From the NCBI GenBank assembly GCA_035221665.1, contig CM069164.1:17856001-17920000 (forward strand): a stretch of 64,000 bases of DNA, in the 5' to 3' direction. The position numbers and the translations under genes are program-made. The first letter of the stretch is position 1; every line of letters begins with the position of its first letter. The notes beneath the pieces are model-generated. The model saw only the letters and a program-made list of their open reading frames with translations. It had not been told where the DNA came from and made no database searches. This stretch comes from Okamejei kenojei. Taxonomy: Eukaryota. Below are positions 10,521-24,860 of the stretch, piece after piece.

Positions 10521-13344
10521 TGGATTGAGACCCTGCTTCAGGACCGAGTGGGAACAGGAAGGATTTCTGGTAGAGAATAGCCCAAGGGGGTTGCTGTTAC
10601 GACCACCTCTTGGGACAAAGTCTCCATAATGGCCACAATTGTAGGTCCATGCATTGATTCGGGCCCTAGGTTCATTCGTTTTACGCAAAATACTCTTGCA
10701 TTGGCATGCAGTGACTGGCTTAGCTGCCTGAATAAAGGAAATTATATTCACTGCACTCTAATTAACTGAAAAGTGCCACAGTTACTTGTTATCTTAAACT
10801 ATCAGCCGGTGCACACAGATCATTGGCACTGCAGCACCCATTCAGTAACTGTTCAACTTTATGCAGTTTGATACTGAAACAAATGCCAATAACTGTGTCA
10901 GACTTTCATTATCGTAATATTAACCTGCTCTACAAAAGCCAGATTCTGTAAAGGTTCCCTGTTATTTGGAGCTCACAGGACAACATGCTCTTAAATCCAT
11001 AGTACTAACTTAGAAGGCCTGCAGATAAGTAAAATACTTCCCCCAATTTCTCAAATGCATTGAAGTATCATCAATTTTCAAATATTTAGTTGCAAAGTGG
11101 TCATAGACATTGGGGTATACTTTCGAGATGCTATTCAGGAATAAAATGGGTTATTTGACCACCCATTCAATTTCCATCTCCTCCAACTTAATGTGATTGG
11201 GAGGGACTTCTGTGCCTTATATTGGGAAACATTGAAACTCTCATGTGAATTCCAGCTCTTTGTTCCATTTAGTTACCTAATCCACCAGTTTACTTCATCT
11301 TATGGATTTAGACCCACCAAAATATTCTTCAAATATTTCAGACTTTAAACTGGGCAGGTATAAAAAAGACATCGACCTCAAACCTACCCATTAATGGCAA
11401 AGACAGCTCTCAATTATCATCATTAATGGAATTGATCTGAAGTTATATACTCTCTCGATGTCCCATTGCAAATTCACAGCAATTTATCTTACCTTTCAGT
11501 TTTTATTTCTGGTGCTATATTTTGAAGTCATGAAAAATCCTCAGCGTTATAACCAATTAATCCTTTGGGATTTTTTTCCAACTTGCCATTTCTCTTCAAT
11601 CATGCCATATTTTACTCTGATCTCGTGGGTCAATATAATGTTCCTCCTAGCTGACATATAGAAGGCAAAAATACAGTATGCTATTTATTTCCACAAATAC
11701 TAAACTTTCCCATTGTTGCCCATGTCAGAAATGCTCCATTTTTTAACAGGTTTTGACATAGAATCAGATCGCAACTCTTCCATCTTCTCCTCTGTGCAAC
11801 TGTAATGAACTGCTCTCCTGTTTAAATTAAACCAGCTGCATTGACTTTTCCGACTTTGAGTTTTTGACATTTTCCCAGATTGAGACTTTTTTTAGCAGAT
11901 GCCTTTGTTTTCACCTTCCCCGGTAATCTGTAGCATATTCTTTGATTTGCTGAAGCTCCCACTTCACTTGAAGCTTTTGTAGAATAAGTAAACAGATATG
12001 TTTTACTTCTTAGTTTTAATTAGAAACAAGCCTACTTGGAAGCAGCAGCATAGCCTTTGAACCACGTTAAACTGAGCAAAATAAAGCTGTCAGACATCTT
12101 TTCGAAATGTCACAGTGGAAGATGTGTAGTTATATTACAATATATACTGTGAATTCATCTCTTTGATAAGTTTTGATGAAAGCAGAGATAATTTCCCTCT
12201 TTGTCAAGTGTGCTACCAGTGCTACCATTTCAGTTGGTTGGATACCACTTGGAGTTTACTTTTCTCTTGTATCTAGGTATATTGATGCAACATCAAACAT
12301 ATCTCAACCTTTTATCTTGTAAGACTATTAAGATGTAAATTAGGCACATTGTTCAATTTCTCTCAGTAACAATAGCATTTGATATTCTGAGGACTTTTCC
12401 TTTCAATAGAAACATGAATTTCGCCTTCCATTCCGGTGCTAAAATTGGATATCTGAACAGATTACAATTGAGAAATTAAAAATATATATTGTTGAGATTG
12501 TTGTAAGAATACTTAAAGTTATTCCATGTTTCTTGATTCATTGTTTTAGTAAAAATGGGTCTATTATATATAAGCGAAGGCCTCAGTTAAAGTAACAAAT
12601 AGAACATTTTTCCTTGTATGTTAAGGATTGCAACGATTTATACATTGTAAAAGCAATCACCAGTCTGCAGAGATTATGTTTATGGCACAAACCTAGCCCA
12701 TTAAACAACGAACAGTCGATAGCATTGCTATGAAAATCAATAAAACTCTAGAGGCTATAAATCTGAAATAGAAGTAGTAAATACTGTTGTCACTCAGCAT
12801 CTGTGGAGAGGGAATCAGAGTTAATTTTCCAGATCAGATAGCGTAGATCTATTTTGATTTAGATAGATCAGTGTGGTTTCCATAATCAATAAAGTTTGTT
12901 ATCGAGATAAGTACTGAAGGAAATCTTTAAAAGTCTTGTTTAAAAATCAAAACGTATAACCTTCTACTTGTGGATCACAGCATTTTGTACTTCTGTGATG
13001 CTTTTGAATGTGATCTTTGGGAGGACAAGAAGGTATCACGAGACCACATGAGAACTCCCACATCCCATTGGAAAGGCAGCAGAGGATTTAGTTTGCCATC
13101 ACAATTAAAATATGTAGTATTCTTACATGGAAATACCATCTTGGGTCAGCTATGGCCAGTTCCTGCCTGAAGAAGTGAGGGTGCTGTCAAAACCAATTAT
13201 ACTTTTATAATGATACTAGTAAAGCATCTAATAACACTTCACTGGAGAAAATCCCTAGAAAGTTTAAAAAAAAATGTATTAGGCTAGATGATCAAAGAAT
13301 TAAGCTCAAGGGAGCATGTTCCTAAAAAGTAGAAGCGAAAAAAT

Positions 13345-13632
13345 TTTAGTTTAGTTCAGAGATACAACATGGAAACAGGCCCTTCAACCCACCGAGTCCA
13401 CACCGACCAGCGATCCCCACACAATAACACTACCCTGCACACATCAGGGACAACTTTACTTTTACACCAAGCCATTTAACCTACAAACCTCTACGTCTTT
13501 GGAGTGTGGGAGGAAACCAAAGATCTTGGAGAAAACCTACGCAGGTCACAGGGAGAACGTACAAACTCATTACAGACAAGCATCCCTAGTCAGGATCGAA
13601 CCCAGTAGCTCTCCCGTTGCACCACCATGCCC
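13345..13632 (-). mobile_element. tRNA-derived V-SINE/HE1-like SINE
   Basis: (TTTAG)n tail; central TTAACCTACAAACC..GTCTTTGGAGTGTGGGAGGAAACC; B-box-like GGTTCGATCC on minus strand. Confidence 0.85.
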
Positions 13633-14289
13633 CAATAGGGGCAGAGGATTCAGTGTCAGGGACTTGGTGAGTTAAACCATGCACTGGTTACAATGAGACA
13701 TGTTCGAGGCCAGACTTGGAGGAACACCTGTATAGTTGATAGTTGTGGGGCTGCAGGACATCACAAATATGGGAAGTAGTCAAAATATGGGAGCTTCTTC
13801 AAAGAAAGATGGGAAATTTAAAATCTAGGTTTTATTTTTCAGTCACAGTTTCTGAAGACAGGAATGATGGGTGAGTGGGACTTGATTCAATAGGCTACTG
13901 GAAGTAGAGTTTAGGATGACCTCAAGTGTACATAAGATGAGGCACTATAGGACAACTAAGAACACTTTGGAATTGTTGGGTCCAGATGTAAGATGGTGTT
14001 GATGAAAGTTTTAACACCAGATAAATGAAAGGAAGGGCGAGGGTATCAGACAATGTTACAGAAATGTAAATAAGCAATTTTGTTGACAGTGTGTTATCAG
14101 TCTTGGACAGTTGGTGGGAAAGAGATTGTGTCTGTGGCAAGGACTGAAAATAAGGACCAGAATATTCCCAGTATTTAATTGGAGGTGTTCTTTGCCTAGC
14201 CAGTGTTGGATGAAGGAAATGTCTAATAAAATGGCTGGACTAAGCAAGGTTGTGCTGGGATTGTTGGGTCAATGGTTACTATGACTTCA

Positions 14290-14630
14290 GAAGATAGAAC
14301 AGCTCTTTGTCCCGTAATGTTTGTGCCAAACATGATGCTTACATAAATTAATCCCTTCTGCCAGCATGTGTTCCATTTTCCTCCATTGCCTGCATATTCA
14401 TTTATCTATCAAAATGCCTCAAACACCACTGCCGTATCTGCTTCCACCACAACCCCAGGTAGAGCGTGTTCCAGGCACCCACCACTCTCTTGTAAAAAAC
14501 ACTTGCCCTACACATCTCCTTTAAGCATTCCCCTTTTGCCTTTATAGCTATGATCTTTAACAATTGACATTTCTGTGCTGGCAAAAGGTTCTGACTGTCT
14601 ACCCTCTCTATGCCTGTTATGTTAGTATTA
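14290..14630 (-). mobile_element. Old CR1 LINE 3' fragment
   Basis: Minus ORF ...FYKRVVGAWNTL... Confidence 0.7.
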
Positions 14631-15549
14631 TGTCACCTCAACATTTACTTGATACATAGAACATGGCACAGATTTACCAATTTCAGAAGGATGCATTATC
14701 AGAGGTTAAGGCATGGAATGTACAAGGCTGGGTCTGAAGCTCAATTTTTGTCTGAGTACATACAATTACTGTATAAATATTAAGGAACTTATATATTTTT
14801 TTAAAACAATCTGTTTTTAGTACAAATGCACAATATCCCATCACACCGGGAGTATGTGTAGCATTGCTATTTTATGTGGTCTTCTGCCTAGTGACATCAC
14901 ACACGGCCAACTCTGTAAAATTACCACAAAGAAATGTGGATAAAATCAAACAGGTAATTAATTATTCTGAAAGCAAAATACTGCAGATGCTGGGAATACT
15001 CAATGTCAGGCAGCATCTATGGAGTCAGAAACAGGGTTAAACTTGGGTCAATAATCTTTCAGCCAACCTGAAATATATTTTCATTCTATTTTATTTCAGG
15101 TAATTTTACCCATTAATAATAAAGGCAAACAGCGCTTCGCTTATACCTACAGGAGATTATAAAAGGACTGGACAAGCAAGATGCGGGGAAAAAATATATA
15201 TTCATTGTTGATTTAGGATGGTTCACAGTTACACCATTACTTTATGACAAATACTGATTTTAGGTAGCATAGTTTTTCATCGATATGCTGTGGATGCTGT
15301 AGCAGAATTATATCTGGGACTTGCCCTGGTAATGCAGGCAAAGCTTTGATTGCTACATGTGTGTCATCAGTTAATACAGTGTCAATTATTTTTGCTTGGT
15401 ACTCTGAATTTTAGTTTGTTTTTGTCTTGAAAAGGTAACAAAGCAGTTTTTAAACTTTGTTTCCCCAAATAAACAATGATATTCAAAGGCTCTTCTTTGA
15501 TGGCTTTGGTTTTCCACTCACTGCAATATTTTTGTCCTGTTCTTTCTAG

Positions 15550-15606
15550 GGAGCTCAAATGATCTTCAGTGCAGCAAAAGACTTGGGCCAGCTATCAAAG
15601 CTAAAG
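15550..15606 (+). CDS. unc13c: unc-13 coding exon C (57 nt)
   Basis: tttctag| ... |gtaaca; GAQMIFSAAKDLGQLSKLK; not in the ORF track. Confidence 0.93.
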
Positions 15607-16509
15607 GTAACAGTATGAATTTATTGGCTGTAGTAAAATTCGCTTCTATTTAATCTTGCCCTCCCTAGTGGTTTCCCCTTAAAATCCATATATCAGACAT
15701 ACATCATAATGATTGAAATTCCTTGCAAGAAGCTAAACGAAATATATTCTAGAACTAAACGATTCCAGTGATTCTTTACATTGAGCATGGTTCTTCAGTA
15801 CGACTTAAAATGATGTGTGTGGGACTCTGCCAATTATAATTTACATATCCCTGTCAAAATATGCTTCATACTGAATCATAGCACAAATAAGCATGTCATT
15901 GAAAATAGAAACTGTTTAGTATTTCAAAGATGCATTCCCTGGAAATTCAGGCAGAACATTTAGGTCATCAGAACGTTCTATATTTTTAATTGATGGGGAA
16001 GAACTCAAGGGTTAGATTAAAGGCTTTTATCAAAAGCACTTTGCAATTTTTGAATGGTAATGTAAAAGAAAACTGGAAGTAATAATATGCACATTCTGAA
16101 ACACAGCTGGAGTAAAAATATATGAAAAACAGTTTAATTGTCTATAATGTGATTCATTGAACTCAGGCAGAATTACTCTGTTCCAGTCCGTAGAGATATT
16201 TAGTATGTTTTAAAGTAAGTCAAAATGTATCAAGTGAAATTCAGTAGTTGAGTATTTCTAGCATCATTGTTATATTGTAAACATTTAAATTGCATTAACT
16301 GGAAGCTGCATGTTGATAAATTCAAGATTATGCATGCATGCATTTGCTTTCATTGAATGTGCTGTTACTAGTAAAATGTATTTAAACTAGTCTGGCAGGG
16401 GATTGATACCCAAAATATTGGTGTAGTAGATGAGAATATTGAAACAAATATAGATGTTAAAGCGAGAAGGAAACAGTAAGCAGACCAGGGAGCAATACGC
16501 AAATTGCAT

Positions 16510-16692
16510 TTCTCTGGTTCTCTGGATACTTTCAAGAGAGAGCTAGATAGGGCTCTTAAAGATAGCGGAGTCAGGGATATGGGAGAAGGCAGGAACGGGG
16601 TACTGATTGGTGATGATCAGCCATGATCACATTGAATGGCGGTGCTGGCTTCAAAGGGCCGAATGGCCTACTCCTGCACCTATTGTCTATTG
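16510..16692 (+). mobile_element. Short CR1 3' end
   Basis: Closely matches the 3' end of the 34125-35385 element; (CTATTGT)n tail. Confidence 0.85.
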
Positions 16693-17313
16693 CATTTATT
16701 TTAATGTATAAAGCCTGACAGATAATGCAGAGGAGCTCAGGGCACGGATTGGCACCTGGGATTGTGATATTTAGGTAGCACGATAATATGATTGAGATAT
16801 TGGCAGGACTGGCAGCTCAATGCGCCTGGGTGCAGATGCTGCCAGGTAAGATAGAGGTGGAGGTAAGATAGGAGAGGGGAAGTTGCAATATTGACAAGGG
16901 AGAACATTATGGCAGTGGTTAAAGAGAATATTCCTGGGGCAATGTCCAGTGTAGTTAAATAGGTACAATTTAGAGAGATATGGGGAAACATGATAAAATG
17001 GAGCTGGCTCAGTAGTCATCACTTGGTCGGCTTGATCAAATTGGGCCAAAAGACTGTTTGTCTGCTGTATAACTCTGTGACTATGACATTGAACCTCTAG
17101 TCCTACTTTGCTCTTGATACATACTGTCAAGTTCCTTGAGATATATAAATTAATCTAGGTTACTATATATACTAGTTTCTTAAAACTATAACGAGTAATG
17201 TTAATGTTATGGCTAGTTACTTATTTCTCTGGTAAGCGGAATAATGTTTTGATCATATAATTTTGCAATATATTCACTAATTAAACATGTTTCGTTTGAT
17301 AAACCTCAATTAG

Positions 17314-17394
17314 GAACATGTGATTCGTGAAGAAGTGAAAAGTCTCAGTCCTCGCCAATGTGCAATAATGGAAGTCGTGTTGGCCACCATAAAG
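17314..17394 (+). CDS. unc13c: unc-13 coding exon D (81 nt)
   Basis: aattag| ... |gtattg; [27 protein letters not shown]. Confidence 0.93.
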
Positions 17395-18426
17395 GTATTG
17401 CCTGGATTCTGTGTGAGCACAGATTCATTCATCAATTAATGTTTTATTGTTCAATGTTGATCAAAAATGGGATCTTCTAAAAAAAAAGTATCTGTTTGTC
17501 CACCCTGAATGAATCTGTGTACAATGATGGAGGTTGCCCAGCAGAGAGAGTGCAGAATCTCCCTATTCCGTAAACATGGAGGGCACAATGAAGAGATGGA
17601 ATGATCACACTGATGTCCACAGGTGATTTCACAATGGACAATAATGAATCTACTGCCTGTTTTCTGCCTTAACTAATTTACTTTCTTCTCAACTCTTTCA
17701 CTTTATTCCCAAAGCCAGATTTGGTCAGTTATGGATGGCTGGTGCCTATGGTAGGATGCTGCACACATCTGGTACCTTTTCTCCAAAAAGCCAAGTCACA
17801 TTTTTATGCAGTAATGTTACATTTTGTAGTTATGCCATTGCATATCAAAACTATGTCATTGTTAGATGCTAAAATCATTAGCTCTGCATTCACTACCCCT
17901 TCATATATAAAGCTGATAAAATATACCACATATTTCAAATGTGAATCACCTGATAAAATTATAAAAATACATTCCCTCTTTCTTCTTTTGCATTAATATT
18001 GTTCCTTTTAGATCAACACGCACTTATAGGCTGGATCATTTTATACTACAATTATTTTCCCAATGCTGTTGATAAATGAAAAGATGAGAAGCAGCAACAG
18101 TCTGAAATTGGCTGCCTGAGGCTTCCAGTTGCTTACAGTAATGATTGTTTTTGATAGTAAAAATAGTTATTAGTCAGAAACACTGAAACAGAGGGAGTTA
18201 ATCTCCAGCACACACTGACTAATGCACAGCTGCCCCTCATGCAATCCAGTGACAGCTTTGGTAAACAAATAGATTTAATATATCACTGAATAATTTGCAC
18301 AATGGCAAATGTACAGAGAACACAGTGTGTAAACCCCTTCTTCTCCATTTTCAACCAATGAATTTCCAAGGTAGCACTTTGCCCTGTTATTTTCTAAATT
18401 CAAAGCCTATAATCGCCTTTCTCCTG

Positions 18427-18692
18427 TGTAGGAAGGAAGTGCAGGTGCCGGTTACACCAAAGATAAATACAAGATGCTGGAATAACTCAGCGGGCCAGGC
18501 AGCATTTCTGGGTAGAACCGTTCCTTCTATCCAGAAATGCTGCCTGTCCTGCTGTTACTCCTGCATTTTGTGTTTATCGCCTTTCCCCTTCTGCCTGTTA
18601 TGTCAACATTGCTGCATTGGAAAGACTTCCTATTCCTTGCCTGCACTGCCAATTTCAAATCAATATTTCCAGCATCTGCAGTTCCTTCTTTA
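18427..18692. mobile_element. Fold-back remnant of the Penelope-derived repeat
   Basis: gatgctggaataactcagcgggccaggcagcatttctgg followed by its inverse ccagaaatgctgcctgtcctgctg.ttactcctgcattttgtg. Confidence 0.65.
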
Positions 18693-20625
18693 ACACATTG
18701 GGGATTGTTGATTATTCCTGCTAATTCCCCTTTCCAGCAAAAGGTGAAAGTATTCCTACATTCTGTTAGCATGCTAACAGAAACATCTGGAATAATATTC
18801 CAATGGATTTACTCAAGTTGAAATGTGATTTAGTACTTCATGTTGGTTTGAATATTTTAGTCTTTGATTTTCATTTTGGAATGTTTCTTTAGTTTTTGTG
18901 ATAGTTTGTAAAACAGTTAATAAAATAAATCAAGAAATTTGCTTCAGGCGTTGGAGGATTTGCTGGTACCTTTATTCACAGAAGCATGAAGGTCAGCTGT
19001 TGTAGCAAGATTCAGTAGACATTAAGTGAAAATTTCACAGGGGTAACTCACTTCTGCAGATGCCTCACTTTAATAAAATGTTTTAAATCTCTCCTTCAGC
19101 AAAGGCCTACAGAGTGTACCTTTCAATAAACTTAACCGCTTCCAGAAAATTTCATTTGGAATACCTTTTCAGCCAACCTGTCTGTCTTTTTCGAGGCAAA
19201 ATGCCCTCTTTGTTTACCACCACTGATTGCGGAGATGATTACAGCCAGCAGTTGATACTTAGACACACAGATTAAGGATGGATTTCTTTCCATTCACTTT
19301 CAATGCAGAGAGAAAGGGATTGAAGGACACGGGGTATGTTGAGTTGACCTTGAATACACCCATCATGTTGTTCTCTAGCCCAAACATTCAAGTCCAACAC
19401 GTTTCATGTCATTTGAGTTAGTTAATCACTTGGAAAACAATATTCATTTCACGTCTTTACCTTCTTTCATGGGAATACATTTCATTAAAGAAAAGAGGAT
19501 ATTTAAAGCAGTTCTATTTTCATAAATTACTTAAATATGACTATTGATTAATAGATGCAATTACATTCTCTTTTTCCAGTTGCATTTGGGCAATTATAAT
19601 CGTTTCAACTATTGAAGTGTGATCCTAAGCATAATTGAACTTTGGGTTGGAAACAGATAAAGAAAACGAATATGCTCATTGGGGAATGGAGATGCCTTAT
19701 CCAGTTTAGCCAGTTACTCATCAAAGCAGAGCAGATGTGAAGAATAAATCACAAAACAAAATTACCTATATAGAGTGTTGAAGTTGTTAGGAAAAGCAGT
19801 AAAGCTGATATCTGCTTCTTTTTTATATATTTATCTGCAATTAAACAACTATGGTAAGGTGGAATATGAAATATTAACAATATTAATACTTTTTTTCTGG
19901 ATATTTACTGGGTAACAGAAACAGTACAACATAAAAACAATGTTCCAGAGAATCTAGTCATTATTCCAGCAGCAAACTGTTAATCCCCAGTGAGTATCAT
20001 GATATTATGATTGATGAAAGCTTGGAAGAAAGATACAAATAGTGTTTGATCTATTTCTTATCTTATTAATATTTTCCTGACACAGTGGAACAATTTATTT
20101 GACACTGCAAGATGTTAAGTCAGTGAGCTATTCAGGTTTACAGTGCTGAATTCTCTGTCACTTTATCAAACCCCTGTATGTATGGAATATCTTCTAAAGT
20201 GGAGATGTTTTCCGTCTTGTCATACTGTATCTGAGTAATAGTGAGACAATGGTGAGAATATAGCCAGACAAACAGATTTTCCCTGAAAGTGATCGTTAGA
20301 CACTGAATATACCTGAAGTGTTGCAGAAGATGATTGACCCTGACATACAAGTCCAACATAATTCCTGTCATTTGCACCGTAATTAATGGCGGCTGGTGAG
20401 ATTGACATGGCATTTTGAAGTTCTGTAATAATAAGGAGTGGGTGGGGAGGTATGATGCAGAATAGCGGTGATGAGGGCCATCACTTTTAAATGGATTTTT
20501 AGATGAGTGTGATTGAGAACAAGATTACAAATTTGATTCACACCATATGGTCAAATTCAGAACCTGCTTAAAAACTCAATAATATGTGCAACTGCCCCAT
20601 TCAGGCCCACCTGTGGCTTGTATCA

Positions 20626-21152
20626 TGTAGAAACAGGGGACTGCAGATGCTGGTTTAAAAAGACACAAAGTGCAGGAGTAACTTAGCAGGTCCAGCAACA
20701 TCTCTGGAGAACATGGGTAGATGATGTTTTGAGTCGGGGCCCTTCTTCAAACTCGAAGAAGACATGGGATCGCAGTGGTAGAGTTGCTGCCTTACAGCGC
20801 CAGAGACCCAGGCTCGATCCTGACTTTGGGTGCTTGTCTGTACAGAGTTTGTACATTCTCTCCGTGACCTCCATGGGTTTTTGCCGGGATCTCTGGTTTT
20901 CTCCTACACTCCAAAGACGTATAGGTTTGTAGGTTAATTGTCTTGGTGTAAATGTAAATTGTCTCTAGTGTGTGTAGTATAGTGTGTGTGTGGGGATCGC
21001 TGGTCGGCGTGGACTTGGTTGGCCTAAAGGCCCGTTTCCCCGTAATATCACTAAACTAATCTAAAAGTGTCATGACCGGCAATGTCACCTATCAATATTC
21101 TCCAGAGATGTTGCCTGACCTACAGAGTCACTCCAGCACTTTGCGTCTTTTT
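20626..21152. mobile_element. Penelope-derived fold-back element (14-bp TSD) interrupted by a SINE
   Basis: TGTGGCTTGTATCA at 20612-20625 and 21153-21166; inverted arms ~20630-20760 and ~21080-21150. Confidence 0.75.
20768..21063 (+). mobile_element. V-SINE/HE1-like SINE nested in the fold-back element
   Basis: tRNA-like head GCAGTGGTAGAGTTGCTGCCTTACAGCGCCAGAGACCCAGGCTCGATCC; (CTAAA)n tail. Confidence 0.88.
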
Positions 21153-22239
21153 TGTGGCTTGTATCACATCACCTTTTTACCACCCAGCTCTCTCCTACGA
21201 GGCAGACTTCCTGACTGCATCAAAGTCCCAAACAATTAAAAATATCTGGATGACCGTCAGCACCATGGATGAAGACAAAGCCCCAACACAGTTCTAGTAA
21301 CTCTGTGGTTAAAAGGTTTAAAAAGTAATTTCAGATATTTTGTATCAAGATCTGTCAAAGGATTCTTCCTCCAGCATTGCATGATTCATAGTAAATCTTC
21401 ACAGATGATATGTAAAACTGACATGCGTTTATATAAAAGGAACCTGTTCCCATGTGTTAATCAACATAATGGGCTTTATACCATTATAATTAAATTAATA
21501 GTTAAATAGAAAAGATTCTCTATCCCAGCTTCTTACCTTGGCGTAGAATGACCTTATAGCCTGTTCCTTTTATGTAAGAATTTACATATTTAAGTTTACA
21601 CATAATCTCATAGATGATAAGACGTGAATAGCTAATTGTGACAACTACAAGATTTCTGAATAGATTAATATAATATAACCATGTTTTTTCAGCTCAAGTG
21701 ACTGCAATATGTAAATGGGAGGGTTGCTCTGAGTATATCACAAAAAAAATAGATAAGCACCTCGGGTAAAAATCATCTCTCATTCATTTGCAGAATTACA
21801 GTCCATTGTATAGGTAGATTGCTGAAAAAGCACAATAAATCAATGCTATATTTAGTTACATCAAATTAATAAAAAGAAGCCTCCAATGCATTGTATAAGT
21901 AATTTATGGATTCCTATGTTATATAACCCACTTACCTAAGAAAGTCAAGTTGAGTTTATTTGCATATGCATAAGTACAGTGTGATGCAGGAACAATGAAA
22001 ATTGCAGTAGCATCACAGGCATATAGACTTGGACTCAGATAGATTGAGACAGGCCATTGATAAACAATCATCAAGCAAGATGCAGGATTGTTGCAGCAGG
22101 GTTTGGAAAGGTTGGAGTTTATGGAGGAAGAAAGGCCTGTAAATAGAGTTAAAATGTAAACTACAGATGGTGGAAATCTGAAATGAAAATAAATTCTGGA
22201 ATCAAGCACAGATCAGGCTGCATCGCAGAGATTCATTAA

Positions 22240-23240
22240 GTTTACAGCAGAGAAATTGACCCATCAGCACATCACATCCATGCCAACCTTTTTGCTCAAC
22301 TACATTAAACCCATTTGCCTGCATCGTGCCTATAACCTTCTATGCCTTGCCTATTCAAGTGTCTGTTTAAATGTCTCTTAAATATAGTAATTGTATCTGG
22401 CTCCACCATCTCCTCTGTGTAAAAAAAAAAAATCCTTGAGACCCCCTTTAAATCTCCTTCCCCTCGCCCTAAATCTATGCCCCTCTTGTTTTAACCGTGA
22501 AAGGGTGAGGTTACATTTGCTGTGCAGGTAAGTTCTCAAGTTTCATGTGAACAGTTAGAGGGTCGTAACATGTATAATTTGTTGCACGTAGTTGGACTGT
22601 CCCCAGCAATTCAGCCTGTAATAATACAGAGGAAATTTCAATGGTTGACATATGGCAAGGATGTCATCCTTTACTCTCAGTTTTTCTATCTGTGCACATT
22701 TCCATTCCAGGACATCTGAGATGTTCTCTATATTCAGCAAATATAGAGAATGCCATGCTGTTACGGATGCAGCCCTCACTTTGTTCTCCTCTGTTTTCTA
22801 CAGTTCTGTTCCGGTGCTGTCTGTACGGAGAAATCCGGTCCTGGGGATTTATCCATCTTGTCTCTTCCAATAACCTGGGAGAGACCCCATCGGGTCCTGC
22901 CGATTTATCCACCTTAATGCTCTTCAAGAGCCCCAACACCTCCTCTTCCTAGTATTCTCCACACTGATCTCACTGCCTTCCATGTCCTTCTCCTTCGTGA
23001 AAACAGGTGCAAAATACTTGTTTAGTACCACACTTACATCGCCAGACTCTGAGCACAAATTCCCTCCTTTATCCATGAGCAGTTCTATCTTTTCCCTGGT
23101 TACTCTTTTGTTTATATTGTAGGTATAAAAAACTCTGTGATTTTCCTTAATCTGACTCAGCAAAATCATTTTGTGGCCCCATTTTACCCTCTAATTACCC
23201 AGTTGAGTTATTTCCTCCTTTCTTCATATTCCTCAATTAA
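22240..23240 (-). mobile_element. Degenerate CR1 LINE fragments (3' end at ~22240-22490; ORF2 linker at ~22870-23240)
   Basis: Minus ORFs LKSIKVDKSAGPDGVSPRLLEE and VLNKYFAPVFTKEKD. Confidence 0.75.
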
Positions 23241-24550
23241 ACTTGAAGTAATTCAGAGAACCACTTTCCCCTCTCCCCCACACCCTGATCCTTCCATCAA
23301 CATTCCTCCCTCTAGCTGACATTTCACTCCTCCTTTATCTGGCACTCTTTTGTCTCCATTTCACCTCTAGCATTTGTCATTATCTCCACCGATCACTCAC
23401 ACATCCTCACGTATTACTTGCCAGGCTTTGCTCCACCCCTACCTCTCTTTTCCAGCTTTCTCACTCCACTCACACTCCATAAGTCTTAAGAAGGGTACCA
23501 ACCCAAAACATCATCTCCACAGAAGCTCCCTGTCCCACTGACTTCCTCCAGCATTTTATTTTTTCCCAGCATCTACAGTCTTTTATATCTTCAGTGGAAC
23601 ATAGAACTGAAAGACAAATAAAGTAATTTAGGGTCTCTTTGTTTGGAAATATAATCCTTTGAGATGAAAACAATATGTTTTTGACAGAGAATGATGTGTT
23701 TTGAAATTATATGGATAACTTGTACAAGTGAATTTCAATATTTACTCTGAAGGTCTAAAATGTAAATTCTTAAGATTCAAGAGACAATATTGCGCTCTTT
23801 AAGTATGTTTGGTGAGAACAGATAAATCAATTTTATTTGAATGCATTAACACACACACTCATGAGTACATACCACTTCCTTCATGCTGTTTCATTTAAAC
23901 TCAACCTGGTCATTGAATTTTTCATGAATCAATGAGCTTTACCCCAGAGGCCGTGGCCATGGATAGCCCAGGGCTGGGAGTTTTATTATGATGGTTAGGA
24001 GCCCATCTAAATGGACATGTCACTTTTATGCCACTGCTCAAGTACAGCCCTGGGGAAATGAATTAAATGCCTCCACCAAGGATGAAAGGGAAATTATTAA
24101 AGATGTTTCTGTGGATTGGGAAATCTTGTGAACCCCTAGGTCCTTTTCTTAGGCGAGAAATCACAATACTACTAAAAAAATGTCAGTTGGAAATACATCC
24201 CTTTCTGGCACTTCTAAGCACAAATGAGCAAAGTACAAAATAGGTGTCAATCTCAATGCTACATTAGCACAGATTAGCACAAAACAGTGTGACTTAACGT
24301 GATCTATAGACATATATTACCAATGTAACTGTGAACCAGTGTCATCACATATACTATAATCAATTATAATTTATTATTACAACTAAATAATCATCAAGGA
24401 CATAAAGATATTATTACCAAAAGTACTAATAAGAAAATTAAAAATGCAGTCTTCTTGCTTGAGTTGAGGAGGTGCGTTATATATGTTGAGGTCAGAGATC
24501 AGATAATGTGCATAACCACCGGATTGGAGAAGCAAAGCTCCACAATAGTT

Positions 24551-24860
24551 TTTTTTACTTTAGACTTTAGAGATACAGCGCGGAAACAGGCCCTTTGGTC
24601 CATCGAATGCGCCAATCAGCGATACCCCATAGACGAACACTATCCTACACACGGGAGATAATTTACAATTTTTATTGAAGACAATTAACCTACAAACCTG
24701 TACGTCTTTGGTGTGGGAGTATACCAGAGCACCTGGAGAAAACCCACGCGGTCACAGGGAGATGTACAATCTCTGTACAGACAGTACCATAGTCAGGATC
24801 GAACCCGAGTCTCTGGCACTGTTAGGCAGCAGCTCTACCGCTAAGCCACTGTGCCACCCC
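24551..24860 (-). mobile_element. V-SINE/HE1-like SINE
   Basis: Same family motifs; (CTTTAGA)n tail. Confidence 0.85.

Noticed and set aside
1772-15549. Search for a cassette exon equivalent to the UNC13A insert after ..TDQT
   Set aside because: No recognisable exon found by eye; absence cannot be proven without RNA-seq
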